Positions 46,846-54,711 of a stretch of 62,933 nt of DNA are shown piece after piece. The DNA is taken from IMG/VR virus record IMGVR_UViG_3300014913_001316. One strand, written 5' to 3'. This DNA comes from a virus. The position numbers and the translations under genes were made by a program. Each line of letters starts with the position of its first letter. The stretch's first letter is position 1. Under the pieces are notes generated by a model. It ran no database searches. It was given only the letters and a program-made list of their open reading frames with translations, and was not told the DNA's origin.

Positions 46846-47490
46846 TTATTTTTTCACCTCTTTAATTTTTTTTGATTTCAATATAGATATAGATGTAATT
46901 AAACCTATTTTCCAAATATTTAAAACAATTATTGCAACAGCTACAAGCCATAATGGTATGGTTAAAATCAACAAACATGGGAGTTCCATGTTCATTTCCC
47001 CAATCCCTAGTATCCCATCTGCATGGATATAAATAGGGGCTTGAAGGTTTTCCATGAGAGAGCTTTCTCCTACATTGTATCTGTAGATGTGTTTTTCAAG
47101 GTAGTTTTCGATAATCCATATTTTGTTGTAAAACGTTAACTCCAGTCTCCATTGACCCTGTGTGGGGAATGCTGGTACACGTAAAAGTGGGTCTTCAATT
47201 GTTACCAGCCAATAGTCTCCTTTGTCTACTATTTTTTTTGTTGTTGTATCAATAACATATGCTTTACTGCCATCTGGTTTTATCAGTTCAAAACGTATTC
47301 TATCTGGATATTTCAAAGGTTTTTTACCAATACTATATGTGCTATAGATAGGCATTACGCTGTTTGCTGTAAGCGTCTGGCTTGTTGATGTTTGTTCTTC
47401 TTGGAGAGGAGTTATTTCTTGAGAATAAACAGGTGAAATAGTAAAAAGAAAGAAAAAGAGTACGATAGAGATTTTTAGGGTCTTGCCCAT
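46846..47490 (-). CDS. Secreted, C-anchored beta-sandwich protein (paralogue of 47475)
   Basis: Start MGKTLK at 47490 (track 47622); VPAF...G.W motif. Confidence 0.7.
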   Translation of the reverse strand: MGKTLKISIVLFFFLFTISPVYSQEITPLQEEQTSTSQTLTANSVMPIYSTYSIGKKPLKYPDRIRFELIKPDGSKAYVIDTTTKKIVDKGDYWLVTIEDPLLRVPAFPTQGQWRLELTFYNKIWIIENYLEKHIYRYNVGESSLMENLQAPIYIHADGILGIGEMNMELPCLLILTIPLWLVAVAIIVLNIWKIGLITSISILKSKKIKEVKK

Positions 47491-48179
47491 TCCTTCTTTG
47501 CCTCCCTCGTTGCACGTGCTATTCCTTTGAATAAGTCGACTGCTCCAGATATTGAACGGGTGTATATTATTGCAACTAATACTATCAAAGCTGGTATCCA
47601 TAGGAGGCTTAGTGGAAACCAAAACAATGCTGGAAATTTTATACCGAAGAAATAATTCGGTGCAATGAAAATGTTGTCGATTACTGAACCGCTAAGTGTA
47701 ACAGGTAATGCGAGATATTTTGCTTCTGGATTGTCTGCTGAAACGCCTTCTACAACCGTGCCATCTGCTAAGACAAACTCTGGTTTAGCAAGCCAGTTTC
47801 CTTTTTTAGCAAAAGCTGGAACTGTAAAAGATGTTGAATCAGCAAAAGCCCATTTCCCAGCATATTCTCCCTGTGTTATTTTCTTCTTAAAAGCAGGGGG
47901 GTGTTCAAAAGTGTATATTAAGTGAAAAGTTGGGTCATAAATCTTCCACCTGGCAACATTTGGTTCTACAGAAGAAATCCATGCATATCCTGTCTCCAGT
48001 GGACACTGAAGAGGTATATCGCTACCTGGTCCAAATGCCATATCAGAAGAAGTAAAACCTACATCTTGAAGTTCTACTGATTGAAGACTCTGAGTCTGAG
48101 CAGAAACAACTATAGCACCAGCTATTGTAAAGAAAAAAAGAAAGATAGTTGCAAGTAATACATTCCTTCTCGCATTCAT
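47475..48179 (-). CDS. Secreted, C-anchored beta-sandwich protein (paralogue of 46846)
   Basis: FTVPAFAKKGNW; SVIDNIFIAP. Confidence 0.7.
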   Translation of the reverse strand: MNARRNVLLATIFLFFFTIAGAIVVSAQTQSLQSVELQDVGFTSSDMAFGPGSDIPLQCPLETGYAWISSVEPNVARWKIYDPTFHLIYTFEHPPAFKKKITQGEYAGKWAFADSTSFTVPAFAKKGNWLAKPEFVLADGTVVEGVSADNPEAKYLALPVTLSGSVIDNIFIAPNYFFGIKFPALFWFPLSLLWIPALIVLVAIIYTRSISGAVDLFKGIARATREAKKEWARP

Positions 48180-48197
48180 CTGTGTACCTCCCTGGTT

Positions 48198-49304
48198 TTA
48201 CTTTTTAATACTGTATAGCAAGACTATCAAAGCAATTACTGCTACTATGATTAACAGTATCAACCAGTCTGGTAATATAGCTGCTGGTGCTGGCGGTGTT
48301 GGTGCTACTGCCTCTGTCCATGTGAAAACAAACTTGTTCTGACTGTATGATTCTTTGATTGTAAGGTCTTCCATGACTATGCTACCTTGTTCCCATTCCT
48401 GTTCAACGCCGTTTAACTCTACTGTAAGTGTATCGTAGTTGAGTGTGTCGAATACGCCGTTGTATACATCATCAGTTGGTGTTACTGTCCAATCTACAAC
48501 ATTCGTGAGCAGCTCATCTGATTTAATGTAGATTGTTACTTCATGGGTTGTGCCTGATACGTCTTCATCTACATCATAAACGTATGGACCACGTTTTTGA
48601 TAGTTTACATATCTTGTTTTTTCAGCGTTGTTAGCTATACCTCCAACGTTGAAATAACTCGTTGGTTCTGATACTGCATGTGATGGGTATGTTACCGTGA
48701 TGTTTACATCATCGAGTTGATACCCGATTGTGTTGTTGATTGTGATGCTGTTGTTTACAGTCCAATACGAGGATGCAGAGGAAGTACCAACAGTTGGAGT
48801 TGTTACGTCTTTTTCTTTTGTAACTATGTTGTTCGAAAGCCATGTCGAAGTAATAGCCACATCTGTACCATAGACTCTTATTTTGATTATGTTGTTGCTC
48901 TTGTTTACATCAAAAGTAAAGTTTAGATATGTCTTACTCTGGCTGACTCCGCCACTTATTATATTAGATAATGTAGTATTACTCCAGTTGCCATCTGAAA
49001 CAGTTTCAGTTGATTTTATAGCAGTGCCGTCTACTGTTAAATTGTATGATATGTTTGCTCCATTTGCTTTGATTGCAAACATTGTAACTGTACGGTTTAA
49101 CTGACCTAGTTGACACGGTAGTGAAATGTTACGATAGGTTTGAGTTGTTGTAGAGTTATGCCAATATGTTACATCTATATCACATGTACCACTTGAGGGG
49201 GTAATGTCTTCTCTGTATGTTTTCCACGTTGCAGCGTTTACACTGATAGCACCAAATAGCAAGAAGGTTGCAAGTAGTATTGCGGGTAGTATGTAGCGTT
49301 TCAC
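48198..49304 (-). CDS. Secreted S-layer-like glycoprotein with Pro linker and C-terminal TM
   Basis: Signal peptide ending VNA, many sequons, PTPPAPAA-TM-KK. Confidence 0.75.
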   Translation of the reverse strand: MKRYILPAILLATFLLFGAISVNAATWKTYREDITPSSGTCDIDVTYWHNSTTTQTYRNISLPCQLGQLNRTVTMFAIKANGANISYNLTVDGTAIKSTETVSDGNWSNTTLSNIISGGVSQSKTYLNFTFDVNKSNNIIKIRVYGTDVAITSTWLSNNIVTKEKDVTTPTVGTSSASSYWTVNNSITINNTIGYQLDDVNITVTYPSHAVSEPTSYFNVGGIANNAEKTRYVNYQKRGPYVYDVDEDVSGTTHEVTIYIKSDELLTNVVDWTVTPTDDVYNGVFDTLNYDTLTVELNGVEQEWEQGSIVMEDLTIKESYSQNKFVFTWTEAVAPTPPAPAAILPDWLILLIIVAVIALIVLLYSIKK

Positions 49305-49320
49305 GGTGATTACCTCCTAA

Positions 49321-49346
49321 AACAAAAAAGGGAAAGAGTTAATCCC
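49321..49346 (-). terminator. Hairpin plus U-tract after the 49354 gene
   Basis: Minus strand GGGA-ttaactctt-TCCC-TTTTTTG. Confidence 0.45.
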
Positions 49347-49353
49347 TACTTGT

Positions 49354-49959
49354 TTAGGTGCTCACCGTGAAGCTAACTGGTATTGCATAATTAGCGTCTG
49401 GCTGATATAGATATAAGTTACAATCGTATGTTTGTCCGTCTTGGAATGTACCATCAACTGCTTCTTCAAGGGTGAACGTTATCGTATAGGATGCTTCATC
49501 CCCTGGTGCAAGGTCTCCAATAACTGCTCCGCTAGTGTAGTCTCCATCATGGAAGAGTTTCTTGGTTACTCCCTGGATGGTTACACTAACCTCGGTTGCA
49601 GATGTTTCCAGGTTATCTGGGAGACCATCTGTTCCTGTTACTGGGTTGTACAGTAACAATACACAATCGTTCGCAGTTCGTGTTTCATCATCGTTAGATA
49701 TTGTCAATGTATCTGTTTTATCTGTCTCTGTATCTACCCCACCATCTGAATCAACCGTGGCACTATGGTTGAACGTTCCAGATGTAAGCGACATTGACAC
49801 ACTAGCTGGTGTTACCGCTGTTGGGGTTAGTGACTGTTGATACTGCATACCTTCTTGGAATGCTTCATTCACTTGTATGTCCATATAATAATAGACACCA
49901 CCTGCTGCAAAAATAGCTCCTATTAAGAGCCCGACTACCAATATTCCCATTTTGTTCAA
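49354..49959 (-). CDS. Candidate major structural protein: N-terminal TM/signal, Thr/Pro linker, TasA/CalY-like beta-sandwich
   Basis: Own TATA promoter, AGGAGG SD and terminator; LTSGTFNHS, TLTISND, GDLAPGDEASYTITF...TFQDG motifs. Confidence 0.6.
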   Translation of the reverse strand: MNKMGILVVGLLIGAIFAAGGVYYYMDIQVNEAFQEGMQYQQSLTPTAVTPASVSMSLTSGTFNHSATVDSDGGVDTETDKTDTLTISNDDETRTANDCVLLLYNPVTGTDGLPDNLETSATEVSVTIQGVTKKLFHDGDYTSGAVIGDLAPGDEASYTITFTLEEAVDGTFQDGQTYDCNLYLYQPDANYAIPVSFTVST

Positions 49960-50005
49960 CTTTTTTTCCTCCTTTTTCGTTCTAACACACCCGTAAAACT
50001 TCTAC

Positions 50006-50015
50006 TATATAAATA
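50006..50015 (-). promoter_or_regulatory. TATA box for the 49354 gene
   Basis: Minus strand TATTTATATA. Confidence 0.55.
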
Positions 50016-50068
50016 TTTGGATTACCTGAACTTTGTTTCTCCCTAAAAAAAGCTGTTGCTTGAACTAT

Positions 50069-50569
50069 TCAGCGATGCATTTTACATTCAAGTATATAAA
50101 TAAAACCTGTGAAAAACCAGTTTAAACTGAGTAAGTAAACCAATATAGGTAATGTTGAAATATGAGGTTCTACACTGTTGTGTGGTGCTACCTGCCCCAT
50201 ATAAATTACATTACAAATCCATTCGGGAGATGCGAAGAGGTCTATAACTATACAGGATACAATGAAAAATACAGATAAACCTATCCCTATTTTTAGAGAG
50301 AGGGGTAATTCTGGTGGGTAATAATACCTATGCGACCGTGTTTTTTTAGTTGAAATCTTTCTTTTTTTAACAAGTTCATCCAGATAGTTCACAATTGTGC
50401 CAGGTGCGAGGCTGTATGGTGGTTTTTCAAAAACATTACGGATGTCCTGTAAAGTAGTGTCTTTATCTTTCATCCACCGGTCTTCTACGAATTTCACCAT
50501 GAGTTTTTTGATTCTTTCTCGGTTCTCTGTTTCAGGTATTAAAACAAGTTTATGTTTAACTCCTTTCAT
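50069..50569 (-). CDS. Winged-helix domain fused to two C-terminal TMs
   Basis: TTLQDIRNVF...LAPGTIVNYLDELVKKRKI...RYYY followed by two hydrophobic helices. Confidence 0.7.
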   Translation of the reverse strand: MKGVKHKLVLIPETENRERIKKLMVKFVEDRWMKDKDTTLQDIRNVFEKPPYSLAPGTIVNYLDELVKKRKISTKKTRSHRYYYPPELPLSLKIGIGLSVFFIVSCIVIDLFASPEWICNVIYMGQVAPHNSVEPHISTLPILVYLLSLNWFFTGFIYILECKMHR

Positions 50570-50908
50570 CTATATCAACCCACTAAGCAAACTAAGCGGG
50601 TGTAGTTGTAATGCATCTAATACTACTGCAAAAAATACTCCTATAAGCAGCCATATTACAAAAGTCATAATTTTTTTTAAAAATATTAGACCAGATATTA
50701 ATAGTATAATTAATGAAATAACTCCTACAACTGTTCCTGTGCTTATAAACTGGATAATCGATGGGATGAAAGATGGTGTATCTGGTATTCCGTTTTGAAA
50801 AAAAGATGTGATGTGTTTCATAACTGGTTGTGCAAAGAAGAAACCTATTAGGAAACCACCTGCTCCTTTAACAAAACTCCACCAATCTATAATGGTTTTA
50901 CTACCCAT
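50570..50908 (-). CDS. Highly hydrophobic 112-aa membrane protein (candidate capsid or matrix protein)
   Basis: About 3 hydrophobic helices; TATA TTTATAAATA about 25 nt upstream (leaderless). Confidence 0.65.
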   Translation of the reverse strand: MGSKTIIDWWSFVKGAGGFLIGFFFAQPVMKHITSFFQNGIPDTPSFIPSIIQFISTGTVVGVISLIILLISGLIFLKKIMTFVIWLLIGVFFAVVLDALQLHPLSLLSGLI

Positions 50909-51027
50909 TAGTAAATATAAAACGTTATTTATTTATAAAGTTTTGGAAGAAAGAAAGAAAAGGGGAATGGGGGGAGGAGAAAATGGAAAAAAACTAGGTC
51001 CGGGAAGGCTTATCCCCTAACCTATAT

Positions 51028-51336
51028 CTATATTTCTATATTTCTTTTTTTTGCTTCTTTAGACATGCAATTAAGGTAAGGTATTAATCTGTTGCCTTTT
51101 GGATAGATTGATACTAATGCGGAGCAGTATTCTGCCATTTCTGAGAATTGTTTCCATCGTTCTCTTGTTTTTTCACTGACTTCTCCTTTTATTATGCGTG
51201 GGTTGCAGAACATTTTTTCTTGTTCATCTGTGAGTGTTCCTATGCATGCGTGTGACCAGCAGATGTATTTGCCATCGTATTCGTAGCAGGTGCAGGGTGA
51301 TGTTTTTGCTATTTCTTCATCTAATACGAAAGCCAT
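51028..51336 (-). CDS. Cys-rich hypothetical protein
   Basis: CTC...CWSHAC...C and helical FSEMAEYCS...YLNCMSKEA. Confidence 0.6.
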   Translation of the reverse strand: MAFVLDEEIAKTSPCTCYEYDGKYICWSHACIGTLTDEQEKMFCNPRIIKGEVSEKTRERWKQFSEMAEYCSALVSIYPKGNRLIPYLNCMSKEAKKRNIEI

Positions 51337-51358
51337 TAATATTCAATAGTAGTAAATA

Positions 51359-52432
51359 CTATTTAAATCCTTCTTTTCCTGTTAATGCTATGTACAACCC
51401 TGCTCTTCCTTTATACCCATGTGCCATACCTATATCGTCATAGACTGTTTTGAACTGTGTAGCAACATGGTATGCATCTCGTAAATACCATCGTGGTGAA
51501 AGAGTTGCTTCTGCTTTCCCAATGAGTCTGCCTTTATCCAAGTCTGTAAATTCTATAACTGCTGTTCTACTGGTTTCTTCTACGAGTGGCTCTGGTTTTG
51601 CACCAGTTGCTCCTTTGAAATCTGGTCTCTGTACGTCTTTGTTTATAGCTGCTGTAAACAGTGAATGGTATTCTTCATCGAATAAACCCAGCCAAGTGTC
51701 AAGCACGTTTAAAATTAAACCTGATACTGCTCTGAAACGGTCTATAATGTTTTCATCAGTAGGGTAGACGAAATCATGTCCTCTCAGCTCTAGGTTTCTA
51801 TCGTTGAGATGCTTTGGTGTTTCACCGATACTGGTGATGATTGTATCAAGTGATAAACCCCATAATCGTAGAGTAGAATAATAGGCGGTAACACGTCTAT
51901 CTATCCTAACCCGTAGTGGTGTATCCCTTGTTATCCCGTATTTTCTAACTATGTTTCGTGGTATCTCTGCCCTATATGCTTCAATAGTTGAAGGATATCG
52001 TGGTATACCTGGTGTTAACGTTGGTTTCTCTGGAATGTCTATCCATCTGCCGTTTTTGTAAATTTTTAAAAGTGTTACCGAAACGGGTACTCCACGTTTT
52101 TTTATCCAGTTAGCCCCAGCACGTATAGCTATACGTGGTAGTTTTTCACCAGCAGCAGTGGTATAATATGTCCATCTGAATACATAGATTTGGTTGATTC
52201 TATCTCCCATTACCTCTGACTCTGATGGTATAGTAAGATATACTGGTGTTGTTCTCTCAACTATTTCTGCTGTAACAGGATGAAACACGCCGTCTCTATA
52301 CGTGAGTTGGTTTGTCTCCTGCATCATGCTGATGAATAAATCTAAATCCTCTGATGTTGGAAAAAAATGAGAAAGTCTATCATAGAGTTCGTCACGGGTA
52401 TAATCTCTTGGGTAGATAATTATCTCTATCAT
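51359..52432 (-). CDS. Hypothetical protein with internal AbrB-like segment
   Basis: YRAEIPRNIVRKYGITRDTPLRVRI. Confidence 0.65.
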   Translation of the reverse strand: MIEIIIYPRDYTRDELYDRLSHFFPTSEDLDLFISMMQETNQLTYRDGVFHPVTAEIVERTTPVYLTIPSESEVMGDRINQIYVFRWTYYTTAAGEKLPRIAIRAGANWIKKRGVPVSVTLLKIYKNGRWIDIPEKPTLTPGIPRYPSTIEAYRAEIPRNIVRKYGITRDTPLRVRIDRRVTAYYSTLRLWGLSLDTIITSIGETPKHLNDRNLELRGHDFVYPTDENIIDRFRAVSGLILNVLDTWLGLFDEEYHSLFTAAINKDVQRPDFKGATGAKPEPLVEETSRTAVIEFTDLDKGRLIGKAEATLSPRWYLRDAYHVATQFKTVYDDIGMAHGYKGRAGLYIALTGKEGFK

Positions 52433-53061
52433 GTTATCGTTTCAATATGTTGTTTCGCTGATTGCATATAGTTCACTGATAATTTTAAGTAGTCTGCATC
52501 AGCATACCTTGCACCAAGTTTACCATAATACCCAGCCCATTTAAAGTCTTCTAACGCTTGTTTAAACTCATACTTCATTGTTTGAGCCTCTGAAGACAAC
52601 AAGTAAAAGTCATTTATTTGTGACAAGAATTCTTCGCTGTCATCCTCTAGTTTTTCACACCAATACTCTAGTTCATCTAAAGAGGATGTCGATGCAGATT
52701 CAGAGATTTTCTCCATGTCATAATATAGAGATATACTAACGGATGTTATCCAATCTTTTAGTTCTTCATCTTGCGTAGGCGTTACATCTGGTGTTGAAGG
52801 TTCTGAAGAAGGGGTTGGTGTTTCAAAGGTTTCAGATGTTGGTGCTTCTGGCATTGTTTGAGAGATGAGATATGCAAGAGAGACTATACATACAAGAGTT
52901 ATAACTGCTAAAATTACAACTGCTATCTGTAGTTTTTTATTATTTTTTTTCTCTTCTAACTTATACCCACAGTTTGAACAAAACTTACCAGTTGCTTCTG
53001 AGCCACAGTTTGGGCATTTCTTTATTTCTTTTTCTTCTATTTCTTCCAACATATCTATCAC
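52429..53061 (-). CDS. Zinc ribbon, TM and extracellular helical domain
   Basis: CPNCG...FCSNCG, TM, P/S/T linker. Confidence 0.75.
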   Translation of the reverse strand: MIDMLEEIEEKEIKKCPNCGSEATGKFCSNCGYKLEEKKNNKKLQIAVVILAVITLVCIVSLAYLISQTMPEAPTSETFETPTPSSEPSTPDVTPTQDEELKDWITSVSISLYYDMEKISESASTSSLDELEYWCEKLEDDSEEFLSQINDFYLLSSEAQTMKYEFKQALEDFKWAGYYGKLGARYADADYLKLSVNYMQSAKQHIETIT

Positions 53062-53063
53062 AT

Positions 53064-53228
53064 CTACAACAACACTTCCTGTATGCCTGTTCCTTTACAG
53101 GCAGGACAAGTCTCATGTGGAAAACTATCACCCGTTACTGGGTTGTAGAAAGCCATTGCTCCACTATATTTTATTGGTACTCTGCCTTTCCCTTTACACA
53201 CAGGACAAGTTATTTTTATCTTTATCAT
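53064..53228 (-). CDS. 54-aa DnaJ-type zinc finger protein (not in ORF track)
   Basis: CPVCKGKG...CPACKGTG (two CxxCxGxG). Confidence 0.75.
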   Translation of the reverse strand: MIKIKITCPVCKGKGRVPIKYSGAMAFYNPVTGDSFPHETCPACKGTGIQEVLL

Positions 53229-53244
53229 ATCATACCTCCAAACA

Positions 53245-53433
53245 TCACCTTAATTCTAAAACCCATTCAAGAGCATCACTATACCCTCGCAAGTATCCTT
53301 CTATCTCTTTAGATGCATGACAGTTTACACTCATCGAATTAACCTCATGAAATCTTTTTTTAATATCAAACTCATTCTTCATACTATCACGTTTTAACTT
53401 TTTTAATTGTTTTAAACATTTTATAATCCTCAA
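53245..53433 (-). CDS. Hypothetical protein (true start probably MKNEF)
   Basis: Ends GYSDALEWVL. Confidence 0.5.
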   Translation of the reverse strand: MRIIKCLKQLKKLKRDSMKNEFDIKKRFHEVNSMSVNCHASKEIEGYLRGYSDALEWVLELR

Positions 53434-53638
53434 GGATGTCTCCTAAAGCCCATGTAAGCTCCCAAGTATACTCGTAGTAGTAGATTTTACGCCATGGAAA
53501 CTGTTGATATTTACTCCAATCCACGCCTTCTTTTATAATAACATACATGGGTTGGTTTTCCTTCTCAGCTATACGTAGCAACTGCACGTATTTCTCCTGA
53601 TGAGAGATTTCTTCTGTAATATGAGCAATCGTAAGCAT
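53387..53638 (-). CDS. Hypothetical protein
   Basis: GAGGA SD. Confidence 0.55.
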   Translation of the reverse strand: MLTIAHITEEISHQEKYVQLLRIAEKENQPMYVIIKEGVDWSKYQQFPWRKIYYYEYTWELTWALGDILEDYKMFKTIKKVKT

Positions 53639-53651
53639 GTTGTCCTCTATG

Positions 53652-53710
53652 GTTGGGAGAAGGAAAAAAGAGTAGGTGAAAGGAGAGACTAACTATTCCC
53701 TTCTCCCAAC
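53652..53710. repeat. 12-bp perfect inverted repeat with 35-nt spacer, intergenic
   Basis: gttgggagaagg (53652-63) / ccttctcccaac (53699-710). Confidence 0.8.
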
Positions 53711-53734
53711 TATTTCTAAGAATTATTTCATTGA

Positions 53735-53986
53735 TTAAATATTTTCTGTCTTTCCCTCTAGTTTTGTTTGCTTGGATTGAACTCCAAACTCTAACAAAAC
53801 AGTATCTTTCACCTGCTCTGGTAAATTCAAAAGTTTTACTGCCTCTGCTGATTTCACATGTAATACTACATCATCTGTATACAAAGGGTCTGCTGGTGTG
53901 AACTTGTACGTTGTTCTATCTTTTTCAGGGTCTTCAGCTTGTTTTTCTACTATTTCTCTCAATACAAAATTTAGTTGTTTTCCCAT
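53735..53986 (-). CDS. Hypothetical (possible small OB-fold/SSB-like) protein
   Basis: 83 aa, beta-rich. Confidence 0.55.
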   Translation of the reverse strand: MGKQLNFVLREIVEKQAEDPEKDRTTYKFTPADPLYTDDVVLHVKSAEAVKLLNLPEQVKDTVLLEFGVQSKQTKLEGKTENI

Positions 53987-53996
53987 TTTTATATCA

Positions 53997-54518
53997 CTAC
54001 TCCTTTTTACTAAATATAGATATTAATGTCAAAAAAGAAAGAAACAACATCGCTATTGTTACCATGTACAATCCCATATGGTATTGTTGTATTCCACTTC
54101 TAACAAACCATCCATTTGATACCTGCATATCTATTCCTGCTGACTGGGCAATCATAGCTGATGCACCTATGTCTATCGCCCAGAGTCCTGCTACTGTGAG
54201 AAAAACACATAGTAGAGCAAGGGCTGTTATGGCGAGTTGTTTTTCATTTTTTGTAATTTTTAGTTTAGAATTATTTTTAACATGTATCTGTGTTTTAAAA
54301 ACATTATACGTAGCGTAGATGCCGAAGGCTAAAGCTACAGGTGTTATTACCATTTCAATCCACATCTCCCCGTAATGGTTTATCACGATAAGGACTTCTC
54401 CTCCTGAAAAAAACGCTTTTAAAAACGTGGCATACATTAACATACTATATGATAACAGGCAGGATATACCAAACAGTGTAGCAAACAACCTAACGTTGAT
54501 TTTTTTCATGCTTATCAC
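53997..54518 (-). CDS. Four-TM membrane protein
   Basis: Four hydrophobic segments. Confidence 0.7.
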   Translation of the reverse strand: MISMKKINVRLFATLFGISCLLSYSMLMYATFLKAFFSGGEVLIVINHYGEMWIEMVITPVALAFGIYATYNVFKTQIHVKNNSKLKITKNEKQLAITALALLCVFLTVAGLWAIDIGASAMIAQSAGIDMQVSNGWFVRSGIQQYHMGLYMVTIAMLFLSFLTLISIFSKKE

Positions 54519-54637
54519 TCAAACAGTACAGAAAAACTTTTTTTTTCTTTACACACCATTACTCGTTCTCCATCTATCTCAACGTCTTCACACTCGCCTT
54601 CCACCATCTCCTCTAACAGTTTTTCAACATCCGGCAT
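54515..54637 (-). CDS. 40-aa acidic peptide (not in ORF track)
   Basis: MPDVEKLLEEMVEGECEDVEIDGERVMVCKEKKSFSVLFE; GTGA overlap with the next gene. Confidence 0.55.
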   Translation of the reverse strand: MPDVEKLLEEMVEGECEDVEIDGERVMVCKEKKSFSVLFE

Positions 54638-54645
54638 AATTTTCT

Positions 54646-54699
54646 TTATTTTTTCTTTTTCCATATTTCCCACCATTTCTTTTTTGGTTTTCCAATCAT
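54646..54699 (-). CDS. 17-aa cationic Trp-rich micropeptide
   Basis: MIGKPKKKWWEIWKKKK; GTGA SD; fills the gap between the MTase and the 40-aa ORF. Confidence 0.45.
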   Translation of the reverse strand: MIGKPKKKWWEIWKKKK

Positions 54700-54711
54700 C
54701 TTATCACATCT

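Noticed and set aside
14266-51767. Numerous plus-strand ORFs of 60-230 aa within the structural block (e.g. 14515-15207, 22177-22599, 30761-31153)
   Set aside because: Antisense shadows of long minus-strand genes, lacking SD or promoter signals and with atypical composition.
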